Source of the DNA: the human T2T-CHM13v2.0 reference genome, Homo sapiens
Assembly (NCBI RefSeq): GCF_009914755.1
Contig: NC_060928.1
Length of the DNA: 64,000 nucleotides
Direction: 5' to 3' (one strand)
Within the stretch, counting starts at the first letter, position 1, and each line of letters begins with the position of its first letter. The translations under genes were made by a program, and so were the position numbers. A model generated the notes under the pieces. The model worked only from the letters and a program-made list of their open reading frames with translations. It had not been told where the DNA came from and searched no databases. Positions 25,681-39,719 of this stretch are shown here, in pieces.

Positions 25681-28600
25681 CTAAAGAAGGAAATCAGTAT
25701 TAATCTGCCCTTCTATTGGCATCAGAAAATTCAGAAAATCTGCAAGTTGTCCAACAAGAATTTACAGAAAAGGTGAGTCACATAGAAGGCTCTGTGGTGC
25801 TTAGAGTAAGAATAACTTTGCCTTGAAGATCAAAGAAATTCAAGGATAGATGAGTCCAGTCCCTTCTCATGATGAGAGGAGAGAAAACATAATGGACATT
25901 TAAGAATTGATAAATTATAGCTTTGGTTTCTTATATAACATCTCTCCTTTTTACCAATATCTCGCTTTACATTGTATGGAACAGTCCTAGGCAGTGACCC
26001 ATGTAATCATGGGAAGAAGAATACAGAGGAGATAACTGAGGCTTGGCAAGATCAAGGGATGTGTCTAAGACCACACCAGCAATCCCTGACAGCAGGGATG
26101 TTAAAAAACAGTCTCAGGCTTGATCCTCATATTTCTTTCTACACTGCACTGCATGTAATTCTAAAAGAAATGTTAAAGGGTTGAGAGGGAAGAAGTCCAT
26201 AAAAATGTGAGAAAAACTATGTGCTTTCATAAAGTCGATAAATGTAATAACTATTGGGATTTAGTAGCAGAAGCACTGATAAATTAAGGGTAAGGCATTT
26301 GTTGGCTCCTTTAATGCAAATCTGCAGAATTGCTTTGCCTGTATTCACTGGAACTTTTTCAGTGACTAATTTCTTTAATTTAACCAATGATAACACAGTT
26401 TGCATACAGTAAGCTAAGCAACAAATTAACTGCCAGTGGAGGCAACTTCTTAATTTTATTGGGGCATATGCTAGCATCTAGTTAAGTTTAAATTCCAATC
26501 TGGCACATACTTACTTCAAAACTCAAACTACATTTGTAAATTTTAAGCAAATACATTTGTAACACATTTCTTAAATGTAGGACCTGCTTATTTTGAGGTG
26601 TTAAAGGACTCCAACAGAATGTGGCCGTTTTCTAGTCATGACATACAAAATCTCCACAAGTTGAGAATGAATGTTGTATGTACTTGTTTTGTTAAAAATG
26701 ATTTCTTCTAACTGTAAAAGCAGGTGTTCTCATTTTGTATGAATTCTAATGTGTGTATAAAAGAATTATATGCCTTTTCATTTTCTTGTAAATGAAGGAT
26801 GATAGAATATTATTGATATTAATTAAAGAATATTATTTAATATTCATTAAAGCCGTTTTGTGTTTGTCAAAGGTGCCCATGGTGAATGGAAGAAGTCTTT
26901 TCTAGTCAGTACTGTTACTACAGCTCTGGTATTGATTCATCTAGTATTGATTCATATTTTTGCCCAATTAAGTGCTGTACACCTGCTTCAATTCATTAAT
27001 ATATTGTTGCAAGTTGTGTACTGAATTCGCTTTGGTTGCACTACCTTTAAACTTATAGTTAGCCTTTCAGAGCTAAACAGTAATGAGTCTAGTATAATAA
27101 CGTATGCATTAACTATTATTGAAAATGTTTCAGATGAATGTAAATTGCTTTCTGGGCTATTTTGTATTTTCACTTTGATCATAACACTTGTTTCCAATAT
27201 CTATACCTTAAATTTATTACTAATGAAAGTTTGTCAGCAGCGGGGGTCTCTCTAAATTTAAGCTAAATAACCCTCTCAGAAAGATTACGTTAGTATTTTG
27301 GTGATGTTGATGTATCACAATCACATTCACTAGAATGACCATACGTCTTTAATTTAATTACTATGATATGGAGTGGGGGATATTGTTGTCTCTTAATTTT
27401 ACTACCTTAAGTGGGTTTTGTCATGTAAAAAAGAGAATTTGGATTGCTATTCAACTACTTCCTATGAGTTTTTATTGTTGTTGTCTCTATAAATCCATGT
27501 TCCTAATATTGAAACATTTCTATCAATATTATTTTGTATAACAGTATATATATAAATATATATAATCTTAAGAACAATACTGAACATTTTTTCTTTCTTT
27601 AATAAAATTAGAAAAAATCTTCTCAGTTTTAAATTTATGTGCATTTAGGTGATTTTAAGAGGACATGAATGAAGACAGAGTAAGGTATAGAAAGACTACT
27701 GATCTAGTTTTAGAAAACTTAAATTTTAGTCGAACACTTTTAACAGTGAAGTTTTCTTAATGCTCTTTTGCATTTTTTTCCTCCATTTAATGTCCTAGTC
27801 ATATTACATCTTTGATAAATGTCAGTTCAATTTAAGTTGACTCTCTGTGTTGTAGATAATCGCTGCTGTCCAGAAGAATATATATGTGTTGTATTCAGTA
27901 AGCAAAAGATTGAATACTTGATTTAAGAAAGATGAATACAATGATAGGAAGAGGCAAACATTCTTTATTACATTTTCATTAAATTCTTTTCTTTCACTTT
28001 AAAAACTTAATGTGTAATATATACACATTAAAATGCACAGCTGTTAGGTGTTCTGCTTCATGAGTTTTGACAATTGCATTCTACTCAGAATCTACAACCG
28101 AAAGCAAGATGTAAAATATTTTCATCATCCCAGAAATACTTTCCATGTCCCTATCCAATCAATCTTTCCTCCTCTTCTCCCCAGAAGAAACTTCCTTCTG
28201 ATTTCTATCATTGTAAATTAGTATTTCTTGCTCTTGAACTTCATATAAATATAACTATAACATAAGCATTATTCTTCATCTCAAATCTCTCAGTAATCAT
28301 ATTGATTTTTGACATTCATAGATGTAATTGCATGTATCAGTGTTCATTGCTTTTCATTGCAGAATATTATTTCATTGTATGAGTGTAATATTCCATTCCT
28401 TGTTTATATCTTCTTCTCTTGATATTCTCTTATATTTGGGCTGTTACGAATATTCTTGAACAAGTCTTTTTGTAGACACATTTTTTATTTTCCTTGTGTA
28501 AGTATCTCAGGCAAAATTCTTGAATCATGGATGACATGAATTTTCAACTTTATAATTGCTGCACAATTCTCCAAAGTGGTGGTACCATTTTATTCTACCT

Positions 28601-29821
28601 GAAACGTATGAGTTCTGATTGCTTCACTCCACTCCCATCCAACATTTGGTGCTATGAGGCTTTTTAAATTTTAGGTCTCTTAATGGGTGTGAAATGGTAT
28701 CTCAGTGTAGTTTTAGTTGCTTTGTTTTGCTCCGATCACTAAAGATGCTGAGACATCTTTTCACATGTCTGTTAGCCAGTTGTGTATCTTCCTTTGTGAT
28801 GTGTCTGTTCAGGGCTTTTGACAATTTATTAATTGGATTGCTTGTCTTTTCATTATTAATTTATAAGAATTCATTTTATATTTTGAATGGAGTAATTTGT
28901 TCAAATATCTAAATTTCTATTATTTTCCTCCAAGATGTGGCTTGCCAATTTGTTTTCAACTATGTCCTTTGATAAACTAAAGTTTTAAATTTGGAGGAGA
29001 TGCAGTGTTTCAACTATTTTTAAAAGGTTCATGTTTTCCGTATCTATCAAATAAATCTTTCTCTATACCAAGACCATGAAGACATTTCCTTATACTTGCA
29101 TCTACAAGGTGTATGGTTTTAATGTTTATATTTAAATCTATGAAACATCTCAAATTAATTTTTGGATTTGGAGTGGGTTCAAGGTAAAGGTTCATTTTTT
29201 TAAATTCACGTATTTGTTCCAGTATCATTATTTAATAAGATATTTTACCATTGAATGGACTTGGTACCTTTGTCCAAAATTGGTATAGATTGATTTTTGG
29301 ACTATTTTGTCCCGGTGCTCTATTTTTCTATTTTTACACCAATATTATAGTATTTTTCCTTATTGTAGATTACGTCTTGACATCATGTAGTATTAACTAT
29401 CCAATTTTTTTGGAAAATTGTTTGAGTTTTTAGATCCAATGTGTTTCTTTATTAATTTTAGCATTGCTTAGAAATTTAATCAACAAAAATCTGCTAAGAT
29501 TAATTAATATTGTATTGAAGGTATAAGTAAACTTGAGGAGGATGGGCTTTTCAAAATATCAAGTTTTCCAGTCCTTGAACTTGGCATATTCACTTATTCG
29601 GGTGTTTCAAAAAATTTTTGGCAATATCTTGTTGTTTACACTGCAAAAATATTGCAAAATTTTGTTTATTCCAAGATTTTGATGGGTTTTTGATGCCATT
29701 ATAAATGGAACTTTAATGAATTGCTGTTCCCATTGCTTGTGGCTAGCATATGAACTACGATTAATACATGAATATTAATCCTTTATCATGTGAACTTGCC
29801 TAAATTCACTAATAGTGAATT

Positions 29822-30009
29822 ATTTTTCTTTTTCTTTTCTTTCCTTTTTATAGAGACAAGGTCTTGATATGTTGCCAAAGCTGACATTCCTTGGCTATTC
29901 ACAGGTGCAATCAGAGCACAGTGCAGCCTAGAACTCCTGGGCTCAAGTGATCCTCCAGCCTCAGCCTCCCAAGTAGCTGGGACTACAGGAGTGTGCCACC
30001 ACACCCGGC
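29822..30009 (-). mobile_element. FAM (fossil Alu monomer)
   Basis: Single ~160-bp monomer plus tail, retaining the 7SL-derived ggctattcacaggtgcaatc segment that modern Alu arms lack. Confidence 0.8.
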
Positions 30010-30361
30010 TTTAAAAACTTTGAGAATTACATAGAATTTTTATGTACACAGACAAGTCATTTATATATAATACAGCACTTTACATTTTCCTTTCCAGTCA
30101 TCCTGCTAATTTCTTTTATTCCTTATTGCATCAGCTAGGATTTTCAATGCAATAGTGAACATAAGTTGTGAGAGCAAATATTTTTGTTTTTCCTTTTATA
30201 TTGGGGAAAAAGCATTCAAAGTTTCATAATTAATAAAGATGTTAGCTATAGACTCTTTGTAGATGCCTTCTATTACTAGTATGCAGATAGATTTCAGTAT
30301 AAACTAGTGTTTAGTTTTGTCAAATGTTTCTACAGTATCTACTTAGATGTATATACATACA

Positions 30362-30460
30362 TTTCCTTCCCTCCCTCCCTCCCTTCCTCCCTTCCTTCCT
30401 TCTTTTTTCCTTTCTCTCTTTCTCTTTTCTGTCTCTGTCTCTACTTTCTCTCTTTCTTTC
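30362..30460. repeat. (CCTT)n/(CT)n polypyrimidine repeat
   Basis: About 100 bp of almost pure pyrimidine. Confidence 0.9.
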
Positions 30461-31249
30461 ATTCATTCTAATATGGTGAATAACATTGCCTGACTTCTGA
30501 GTGTAAATCAACCTTAACTTCTTTGAATTACCCCTGTGGGATCATGATATATTAGCTTTTTACACAATGCTATCATTTTGTTTAATACTTTTCCTTTTAT
30601 GTCAATGAAAGATACTGGTCTGAAGTTTTGTTTTTCTTGAAATTTTTTTTGTAATATTTGGTATTAGGTTTTTGTGGCCTTATAAATGAGATTAGGATGT
30701 GGTATCTCCTTTTCTGTTTTTGAAAAGAATTCCTGAAGATTTGTATTGTTTCTTCTTCAAATGTTTACTAGAATTTACTAGCGAAGCCATTTTGATCTGG
30801 AGCTTTACTTGTGGGAAAGTTTTTATTATGAATGGAGATTTTTAGTTTTCTAAATGTCTCTTTCTACCAGTTTTAGTTTTTAAAGGAATATTTTCATTTC
30901 ATTTAAGTTGCCAGATATATTGGCATAAATTGTTCATAATGGGACCTTACTATTCTTGCAATGTGTGTAGGCTCTTCATAATGTCTCTACTTTTATTTTC
31001 TAACAGTTACTATCTCTTCTCGCTTGTTTTTCTTGATTAGTCTTGCTAACGGTCAATTAATCATATTAATTTTTACAAAAAATCAACTCCAAAAATTATT
31101 TTTCTTTCTTCTTTGCCCATTTTCTGTTTCATTAATTTCTGCTATTATTTCCACTATTTCTTCCTTCTACTAACTTTGGGAAAATTTTGATCTTTTTTAC
31201 CTATTACTTAAAATGGAAGCATACCTCAATAATATCATCCCTTTCTTCT

Positions 31250-31437
31250 TCTTTTTTTATTTTTTATTTTTTATTAGCAACTATGCCTGGCTAATTTTTT
31301 TTTTTTTTTTGTATTTTAGTAGACATGGGGTTTTGCCACATTTCCCACGCTGGTCTCAAACTCCTGAGCTCAGACAATCCGCCTGCCTCAGCCTCCCAAA
31401 GTACTAAGATTACAAGCGTGAACCACTGTGCCTGGCC
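31250..31437 (-). mobile_element. Alu with most of the right arm deleted
   Basis: Left arm, linker, a few right-arm bases and tail; TSD cctttcttct on both sides. Confidence 0.85.
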
Positions 31438-31944
31438 CCTTTCTTCTATTGTAAGATAGGTATTTCAAGTGACAAAATTGCACAAAATTTGATATGTTTT
31501 GATTATCATTCAGTTACACATATTTAAGACATCCCTGTTATTGCTGCTTTGACTGAGGATTATTTAGAAGTATATTGTTTCATTTAAAATATTTAGGGAT
31601 TTTTAACACTTACTTTTATTTATTGTAACTTAACAGTTTTGTGTTTATAGAATATTCTCTTTATGATTTTTATGCTTTGAAACTTACTGAGAAATAGTTC
31701 ATGACCCAAAACATATTCTGTATCAATGAGGGTTCCATGTACATTTAAAAAGTATGTGTTCTGTAGTTGTTGGATGTTCTATGAATATCAATTAGGTCCA
31801 ATTGGTTAATAATTTTGTTCGAATCTTCTATATCATTGCTGATTATGTGAATATCTGTCTACTAAAGGAAGGATGTTAATATCTCTGACTATGATATTAG
31901 ATTTATCCATTTCTCCCTTTAATTCTGTCCATCTTGGCTTCATG

Positions 31945-32757
31945 ATTTTTATTTTTTTATTTTTTATTTTTATGGCTACATAATGGTTGTACATACTTAT
32001 GGAGTACATGTGATATTTTGATACAACATACAATGTTTAATTATCAAATCAAGGTAATTAGGATATTGATCACCTGAAATGTTTATCATTTCTTTGTGTT
32101 ATGAACACTTCATATCCACTTCTCTAGTTATTTTGAAATATACAATGAACTATTGTGAACTATAGTCACCCTATTGTGCTACTGAACCTTATATCTTATT
32201 TCTGCCATCTAACTGTATTTTGTATCCAATAACCAACCTTTCTTTATCCCCTGCTCATCACTACCCTTCCCAGCCTGTGATAACCAAAATTCTACTCTCT
32301 ACCTCCATGAGAGCAAATGTTTTAGCTCCCACAAATTAAAGAAAACATGTGTATGTTTTTGAAGCCTTTGTCAAAAATTATTGATGAAAGCAGTTGAAGG
32401 CGACACAAAAATGGGAAGATATCTCATGTTCATGGATTCAAAGGATCAATATTGTTAAAGTGTCCACACTACCCAAAGCGATCTACAGATTTAATGCAAT
32501 CCCTATCAAAATACCAATGACATTCTTCCAGAAATAGAAAAAAATCCTAAAATTTAAATGAAACCACCAAAAATACAGAATAGCCAAAGCAATTCTAAGC
32601 AAAAAGAACAAAGTTGGAGGAATCATATTACCTGTCTTCAAATTATACTACAGAGCTGTAGTAACCAAAATAGGATGGTGCTGGCATGAAAGCAGACCCA
32701 TAGACTGATGGAACAAAATAGAGAACCCAGAAATAAATCCACACATTTACAGTGATA
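31945..32757 (-). mobile_element. L1MA-type insertion with a 5' inversion
   Basis: Minus-strand L1MA tail and 3'UTR (~31945-32360), then plus-strand ORF2 (~32370-32755); degenerate TSD ttggcttca...atttt on both sides. Confidence 0.8.
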
Positions 32758-34542
32758 TTGGCTTCACATATTTTGAAACACTACTAGGTACATTTATATT
32801 CAGTATTATGTGTTCTTAACTGAGTCTCCTTTCATCCTTCCTTGCCCTTTTTATATGAAGTGAGTATTTTCTAAATATTCCATTGTAATCCTACATTGAT
32901 TTTTAAACTACATTTTTGTTCTAACAATTAAAATATGCATTTTAATTTATTCTAGTATATTTTCAAATAACATTTTACTTCTCACATATAACATCAGAAT
33001 CTACTTATAACTGTGTAATTCCATTTACACACCTGCAGGCTCTTTGTGTTCCTCTGTCTTGAATTTTAACTACAAATGCTATCAATCTCACCATACATTA
33101 TTACTGTGATTTTTATCTCAACAGTCAAATTAAAAAAAAATTTAATTCATTATCATTTCACACTACATATGAAATTATAATGCTCTCTCTCTTCTTCTTT
33201 ATTTCCTCCAATTATAGGTATGTTGAACCATATGAAATTGTTCTACAGATCTCAGACACTATTCATTTTGTTCACATATTCATCTTTTTTGACTCCATAA
33301 TAAAGATAATATCAATTATCTACATTTTTTAATTGATAATAAAGATAATATCAAATTTGTTTACATATATATTTAACTTTTCTGATGCTCTCCATTCATT
33401 CTTGTCAATCTAGCTCCATTTTTCTGTAGTTTCTCTTTAGCGCAACGGGTTTCTCTAGTATATCTTATAGGGTGGGTCTTCTGAAATCAAATTCTTTCAC
33501 GTTTTACCTATTAAAGATGTCTTTATTTCCCCTTTACTTTTGAAGGATATTTTTACAAGATATAGAATTATAAGTTGGCAAGTTATTTTTTTCCTTTGAG
33601 CACTTTAAAGATGTAATTCTATTGCTCTCTCTCATCTATCTGACTTAATGAAAAGTTAGCTATAATTGTGTTCCCCTTTATGTGATATGGCGTGTTTTTT
33701 TTTTCCTGATAACTCATCAATTGTGTCTCATCAATTTTGGAAAATTCTTACCTATAAATCTTTAAAAAATTATCTTTTGTCCTATTTAGTCTCTCTTTTC
33801 TTCTTTATTCCCTCCATTTATAGGTGTGCTAAACCATATGAAATTGTTCCACAGATCTCGACACTGTGTATTTCGTTCACATATTCATCTTTTTTGTGTT
33901 TCAGTTTTGATAATCTCTTCTGACCTATTTTCAAGCTAACTGCTTATTTTCTTTGATATTTCCAGTATGCTATCAAGCTTATCAAATGACTTCTTCATTT
34001 TTGATATGTCTTATTCCTGGCATTTTCATTCAACTTTTTAAAAAATAATTTTTATCTCTGCTGAAATTCCCGTTCTGTTCAGACATGTTGCCCATCTTCA
34101 ATACCACATTCTATCACAGTTATTTGAAATTCTCTCTCTTATACTTCCAATATCTTGGTGTTTTCTTGATTTTTTTAGGGTTTCTCTCTTGACCATGAAT
34201 TACATTTTCTTATTTTTTATTTGTCTTACAATTTTTATTGTATGAGGCATTATGCTTAAAAGAATAATAAAGGCTATAGTAAATAATATTTACCTCAGAG
34301 AAGGACATTCTTATTCTGTTAGCCGTTTAGTGTAGGAGCTGAGTTATCCCAATTTGTAATTGAGCTAGGTCTAATATAAACCAAAATTGTTGTAGCATTA
34401 AGTTTTAACTCACCACGCTCTTAAAATACTTTGAGGACGTGATAAGGATTTTCCTTTCAACTAATTTTGAGATCTGAGCACAGGCAAAGCTCTGGAGAGC
34501 TCTTTATCCTTGACAATACAGAGAAAAAGCTCTCTGAACTGT

Positions 34543-35050
34543 GTGTGATACGAGGCCTAAAATTAAGACACAGAATTATGTGCCGTCTTGACATCTGAAA
34601 CCAGAGGGCGTCGAGGGCCTTAACCCAAAAGTTTCCTTCCCCACTCTGCTCTTGTGGATAAGGTCCCCAGCCCAGTATCCACTGCCTTATCAAAGGGACC
34701 AGGCATAGTTCCTGCTTATCCCTGAGTAGTAGGTTTCAGTTCCCTGCCAGCCCACAGAATTATTCGAACAAGCCAGTCACATCCGCCTGTGGGAGCCAGG
34801 GGACACCTCATACTCTTGATATTACAAAGTGCGCCTTCTAGCATTGTTGATTGTTCACTGTATTCCCGAGTGCAGCCCTGGTGTGGCCCTGCGTGATGTG
34901 CTGTGTCCTCTTCCCCAGGGCTTTAGTTTATGTATAAACTGCTTCCAATCTCATCAATTCAACACTAGACATCATGTGTTCACCCATTCTTATAACCTTA
35001 GGGTGGGAATTCCTCCCTCACCAATGGGGTGAAGAGAGGATGATTAAAAC
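34543..35050 (+). mobile_element. ERV solo LTR (family not assigned)
   Basis: A ~510-bp GC-richer block bounded by TG...CA inside the L1M, with LTR-like content (cttgacatctg, cacagaattattcgaacaagcc). Confidence 0.65.
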
Positions 35051-38000
35051 ACTACTTTACAATGAAAAATCTTCTTCTACTTGCAACGAAAAATCATTTT
35101 TAAAAAAATCTCTAGTACATTCTCATTTCTTTCCAGACCCACCCCTGGATTTCTATACCTTGGAAGACATCTTTCCAACCTCTTGCCTTATCTCTAGCCT
35201 TTGGAGGACCTTTCCTCCAAAGTCACTCAGTGAAGACCTGCCATGCCTTGAAGCTACTGATTTTCATTCTTTTCTTTTCACTCAGCTTTTGGAGAGCCAT
35301 GGCAGTGTACTCAGGCGAGGCTTCTTGATGAAGAAATTTCTGGCTCCTCTGTTGGCCTTCTCTGAGACTACCCCAACAGAAGAATGAGGGTTGGGACACC
35401 TTGTTATAACCTCATGAGGTGGAAGTTTAATTCTCCCTTCAGGCTTTGCTGGCAAGGGTGGGTTCTTTTGTCTTTTATTTTGCTTTTTTTTTTTTTTTCC
35501 CCTGTGCTCTATGGTGGGAGTAGAGTGGTTATTTTCTAAAAACTTTCTCTTCTTTCCAGGCTGACAATTCTCTAGTCCTTGGCCTAAAGAGAGCTTTTAT
35601 TGGGGCTTTTATTGTTTCTGCCCATTGGCGTTCCTAGTTTGCCAAATTCTCCAGTACCCAGAAATGAGGCAAAAGTAAACTTGGGAACTCAGTGCTTCAT
35701 TGTTCCTTGGGTCACCTAGCCATTCTGCCTTCTTTTCTCCACTCTTCAGAGTCTTATTCTATTTTTTCTATATATAATGTCCATATTTTCAGATGTACTT
35801 AGCAGAAGGAATAGGGAGATATGTCTATTCCATATTTCCAGAAGTGGAAGTCACTAATGATAATCACTTGATAACCAGATACAGCTTTCCATTAAGAAAA
35901 TGAAAATATGGTTATTTCTAAAATGATCAAAAGAAATGCGTTTTGAACTCTTTCACTTCAAGGGTACTGTTCTGCTTAAATGGGAAATATAAAATCAGCA
36001 ATGACATGGTTTTGTGAACTATTCTTACATTCATTTTCTCATGAGGGGCATTTGGTCATCTTTATCAGTATGTTCCTTATGATCTTATAAAGTTAAAATT
36101 TTAATATTAGGACAAATATGTTGTTTTTTTTTCCTGATAAACTAATATGTTTCTCTCACTTAATATTAAGAATTATATAATTCATTAATTGTCCATCTTC
36201 CCTTTCCTGCCAGCCCACTCAAACCTAAATTTTCTTACTTCCAATTTATTTGCTTATCTTAAATTTTTCTAGCATCACTACTGCTTCATTATCTTTTATT
36301 CTACAACTCCCAGTCTTTGGTTTATTATTCTAATGTGGCTGTGACGGCTTCAAAATAAACCTTCTCATATTTATTTTGAAAATAGATAATATAGAAACAA
36401 TGGGCTTTCTGAATTTTCTTTAGGAGTAACTTACAGGAGGCAATCTGACTGAATGGGTATTTCAGAAGACTTTTGAAGGTGTGTTCCCGGAACAAGTTCA
36501 TTATATTTATTTAGATTACTTTTTTTTTCTTTTGTGTGGCTATAATAATGTGAAATAGAGCCCTCTTCAACCCATTTGTTATCACTATACATAGGAGTAT
36601 GGTCATAGCTTCATCTATTCGTTCACTGATTCAACAAATATTTACCGAATACCTATTGAATCAGGATTGGGCATAAATATCTGTTCTAACAATTACTAAT
36701 GTGTTACCCTAGGAAGTTATTTAACTTCTTTAAGTTTAACTTCCCATGAGTATAACAAGAATAGAATACTTACCTAACATGTTTGTAAGAATTAAATAAT
36801 ATGCCAAATTTAACTTACCTAGCACATCGACTCATCAAAATCATGCAGAAATCAGTTTCTCTTCTTCTCCAGCCCTTTTGCTGTATGTTGATAACCCCCT
36901 TTGTCCACATGTAAATTTGACAGGTTTTCAATATTTTTCAAACACCATTAAATTGAAAAAGCTCTAAAATTTGTTTTCTTCTATTATTTTTTGACAGATA
37001 TGTCTTATGGAGGAAGGTAATAATGAAATCATATTTTGGATGTTTTAAACTATTTTAAGAAAATAGGAATTTCTCATGTGAAAAATGAAGAAAACAGCTG
37101 CTGAAAAATCCTATTAATCTGGTGGAAGTTAGCCCATACCCTCAACATTTTACAAAGAATAAGTCTTGCAGCTATAAAAATGCTTTGAATAGTACACAGC
37201 ACCATCTACAGTGAACTCCTCAATCTAAGATTCTCTTTTAACTCACATTTATATTTTCTTTTAACTTAATAATCTTTTTTTGTTTTTTTTTCTTGTGGTT
37301 AGAAAATTAATTCATATGCATTATAAGGTGGAAAAGAACCAAACCCATTATCTCATCACCTACAGACAACCCATGTTGCAGTATATAGTGAATCCTATGT
37401 TTATGATACAATGAAAAATGACATAAAAATCTCCTGATAACTCATAATATAATAAATTTCATGATTTTTATCTTATAAAATATTCATGGTGAACAAATGG
37501 CAAGATGGTAAAACATAATTTAATATGAACAACCAAGTGGGAAATGGGAGGTATAGCAAAATGACAGGGTCCAGTTATACAAAACTGATGATATAGTTTA
37601 ATCCAACAATAGTATTTTAGTATCTAGTATCTAGTATAATAGTATCTAGAAGAATGAGTAAACTGAGTACTCTTCAGCCAGTCATCTCAGCAATATTATT
37701 TTTCTTAATTGTTATTTAATGAGTATTAATTAGTCTCAGAAAGAAGAATTTGAGACAAGGTCTCTGACAATTTCTGGAGTATTTTATACCTCTAATTAAG
37801 GGCTGATCCATATACCCAAAATCACTAAATGAGCTTGAGATTCTCTGGGGAGTTAAAGTGCAAGATGGCTTAGTAGATCAATAGTGAGATACAGAACCTT
37901 TAGCCTTTTGATTTCAGGGTCCCTTGTAAGCTAGGATAGGGGTGAGCAAAAGTCATTATTGGTCAATACCTTATAAGTGGTTAAATGAATTGCTTAGCTT

Positions 38001-39719
38001 TGTTCAGTTTTTATTATCATTGGATAACTATTTGTTATCAGTTACAGATCCAATGGGTGACATTTTACCACTAAAGTTCACTTGCCAGACCAGGTTTGAA
38101 CAGTCTTTCAAACTGTAGAAGAAAACAAAAAATCAGTGAATGTCATTATTTTGGCAGTTTTGTAAATCTTCAAGACAGTCCATTCATCTATTTTTACTAA
38201 AGCTAGGAAAATTGGTGTAAAATTGAATATAAATAGGAACATTTTTCCTAAATTTTATGAAATTACTGCTCTTCCATAAGCCAAAGCTAGTTTCTTCTGT
38301 GTTTTCCAGATAAAGACACTGTAAAGCCTTTTTCTTTCTACTGAAAACCATGTTTGTATTGTGACAGTTGTGCAGTTTCATTGCTCTTTTGCTCTTTTTA
38401 GTAACTAATCGTTTCCTGGATTGTCTCTGCTGGACCTTTTTGCTCCTTCACTAAGGCAAGGTTTGTGGATTGTTCTGTGGTATATCTGAGAAACGGATGC
38501 TTTTTACTCCATATCAGAGTCGATTGGGGTTGCTGATGATTGTCTTAGTTTAAATAAATACTCTCTAGTAGGTCAACAATACACTTACGGAAATAAATGG
38601 CAAAGATTGAGGGAAGAAAAAAATATTAATCCCAAGTAGTTAGTAGCTCAAGGAAGAATTAGGCCTTATTTCAAATCCTGGTGCACTGTGTCCAGGAATA
38701 AGGACTAGAGAAAATATCTACAATAAAACATAACCAAGCAGGCATTAGATTTCCAATTCTCTAATTTTGAAAGACGGAACTTAATAATCTAATAACAAAA
38801 AATAAAATCTAATAATAGTTTAACAATCAATGACTGAATATTTAGCAAGAGCATAATGCCTGGCACAGAAGTTGACAGAAAAATGGGTTACACATGGATT
38901 TAGCTTCCAAATAACATAACAGACATTTAGCAAATTGACAGCAAAGAATATTTTTGTTTTCCTTATAATCCTAGCACATAAGAGAGTGCTTTGCACAGAA
39001 TGAGGGGTTATGTAACTACTGAATTCATGAATACATAAATAAATGAATGAGTGAATGAATGAATGAACTATTATAACTTAGTTTGTATATCTATTTAAAC
39101 AGACTGATATGAAATTTTATAGATAAGAGGTTAATTGAAATCTGAGGATCAGAGATTTGCTGGAGAAATTAAATGATAAATCTCATGAAACATCTCTACC
39201 AGAAAAAAACCCATAGAAAACTCAGATAAATCTGGTTCTCTGCTACCTACAACTGGCATAATTTTGTCCTACAGTAAATGTATAAAAGCATTCTATATGA
39301 TCCCATTTTAATTTATTTTTATGTGACTCCATTTTTTCTTCATCTATCCCTTACTAGTAAAATATTGGTTACCCCCAACCATCAGACAATCGTGATTGGA
39401 AAATAAAGGAAGTAAAATTCTGATTATTTATTCCATTAGTGGGTATCTCTGGTAGAAGTTCCAGGAGCAAAATTTAAAGTGACTTCCTGGTATACCTGTC
39501 TAATTCAATTACTTATGCTTTCCTTTTCTGTTATTACTTATAATCATTGAGATTAAGTAATGATACAGCTGAAGTGTATTTATAAAAATAGAAAGATATA
39601 CATGTATGTAGATAGATGTTTTATAATTCAGAGTATATGTACTATATGAAAGGATAGAGACACTGTAAACAAGCTTTTGATTATGTGTATGCATGTGGAT
39701 ATACACTTGAACAAAATGC

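Larger units (their letters stand above)
27995..35853 (-). mobile_element. Ancient, fragmented L1M (L1MD/ME-like) spanning 3'UTR to 5' end, with nested inserts
   Basis: L1M 3'UTR near 28.0-28.6 kb, T-rich degenerate ORF2/EN sequence to ~33 kb, and an L1M 5' terminus (...ttccagaagtggaagtc) at 35853. It may be more than one element. Confidence 0.65.

Noticed and set aside
29822-30009. 7SL RNA gene or pseudogene
   Set aside because: Most of the S domain is missing; the structure fits a FAM monomer.
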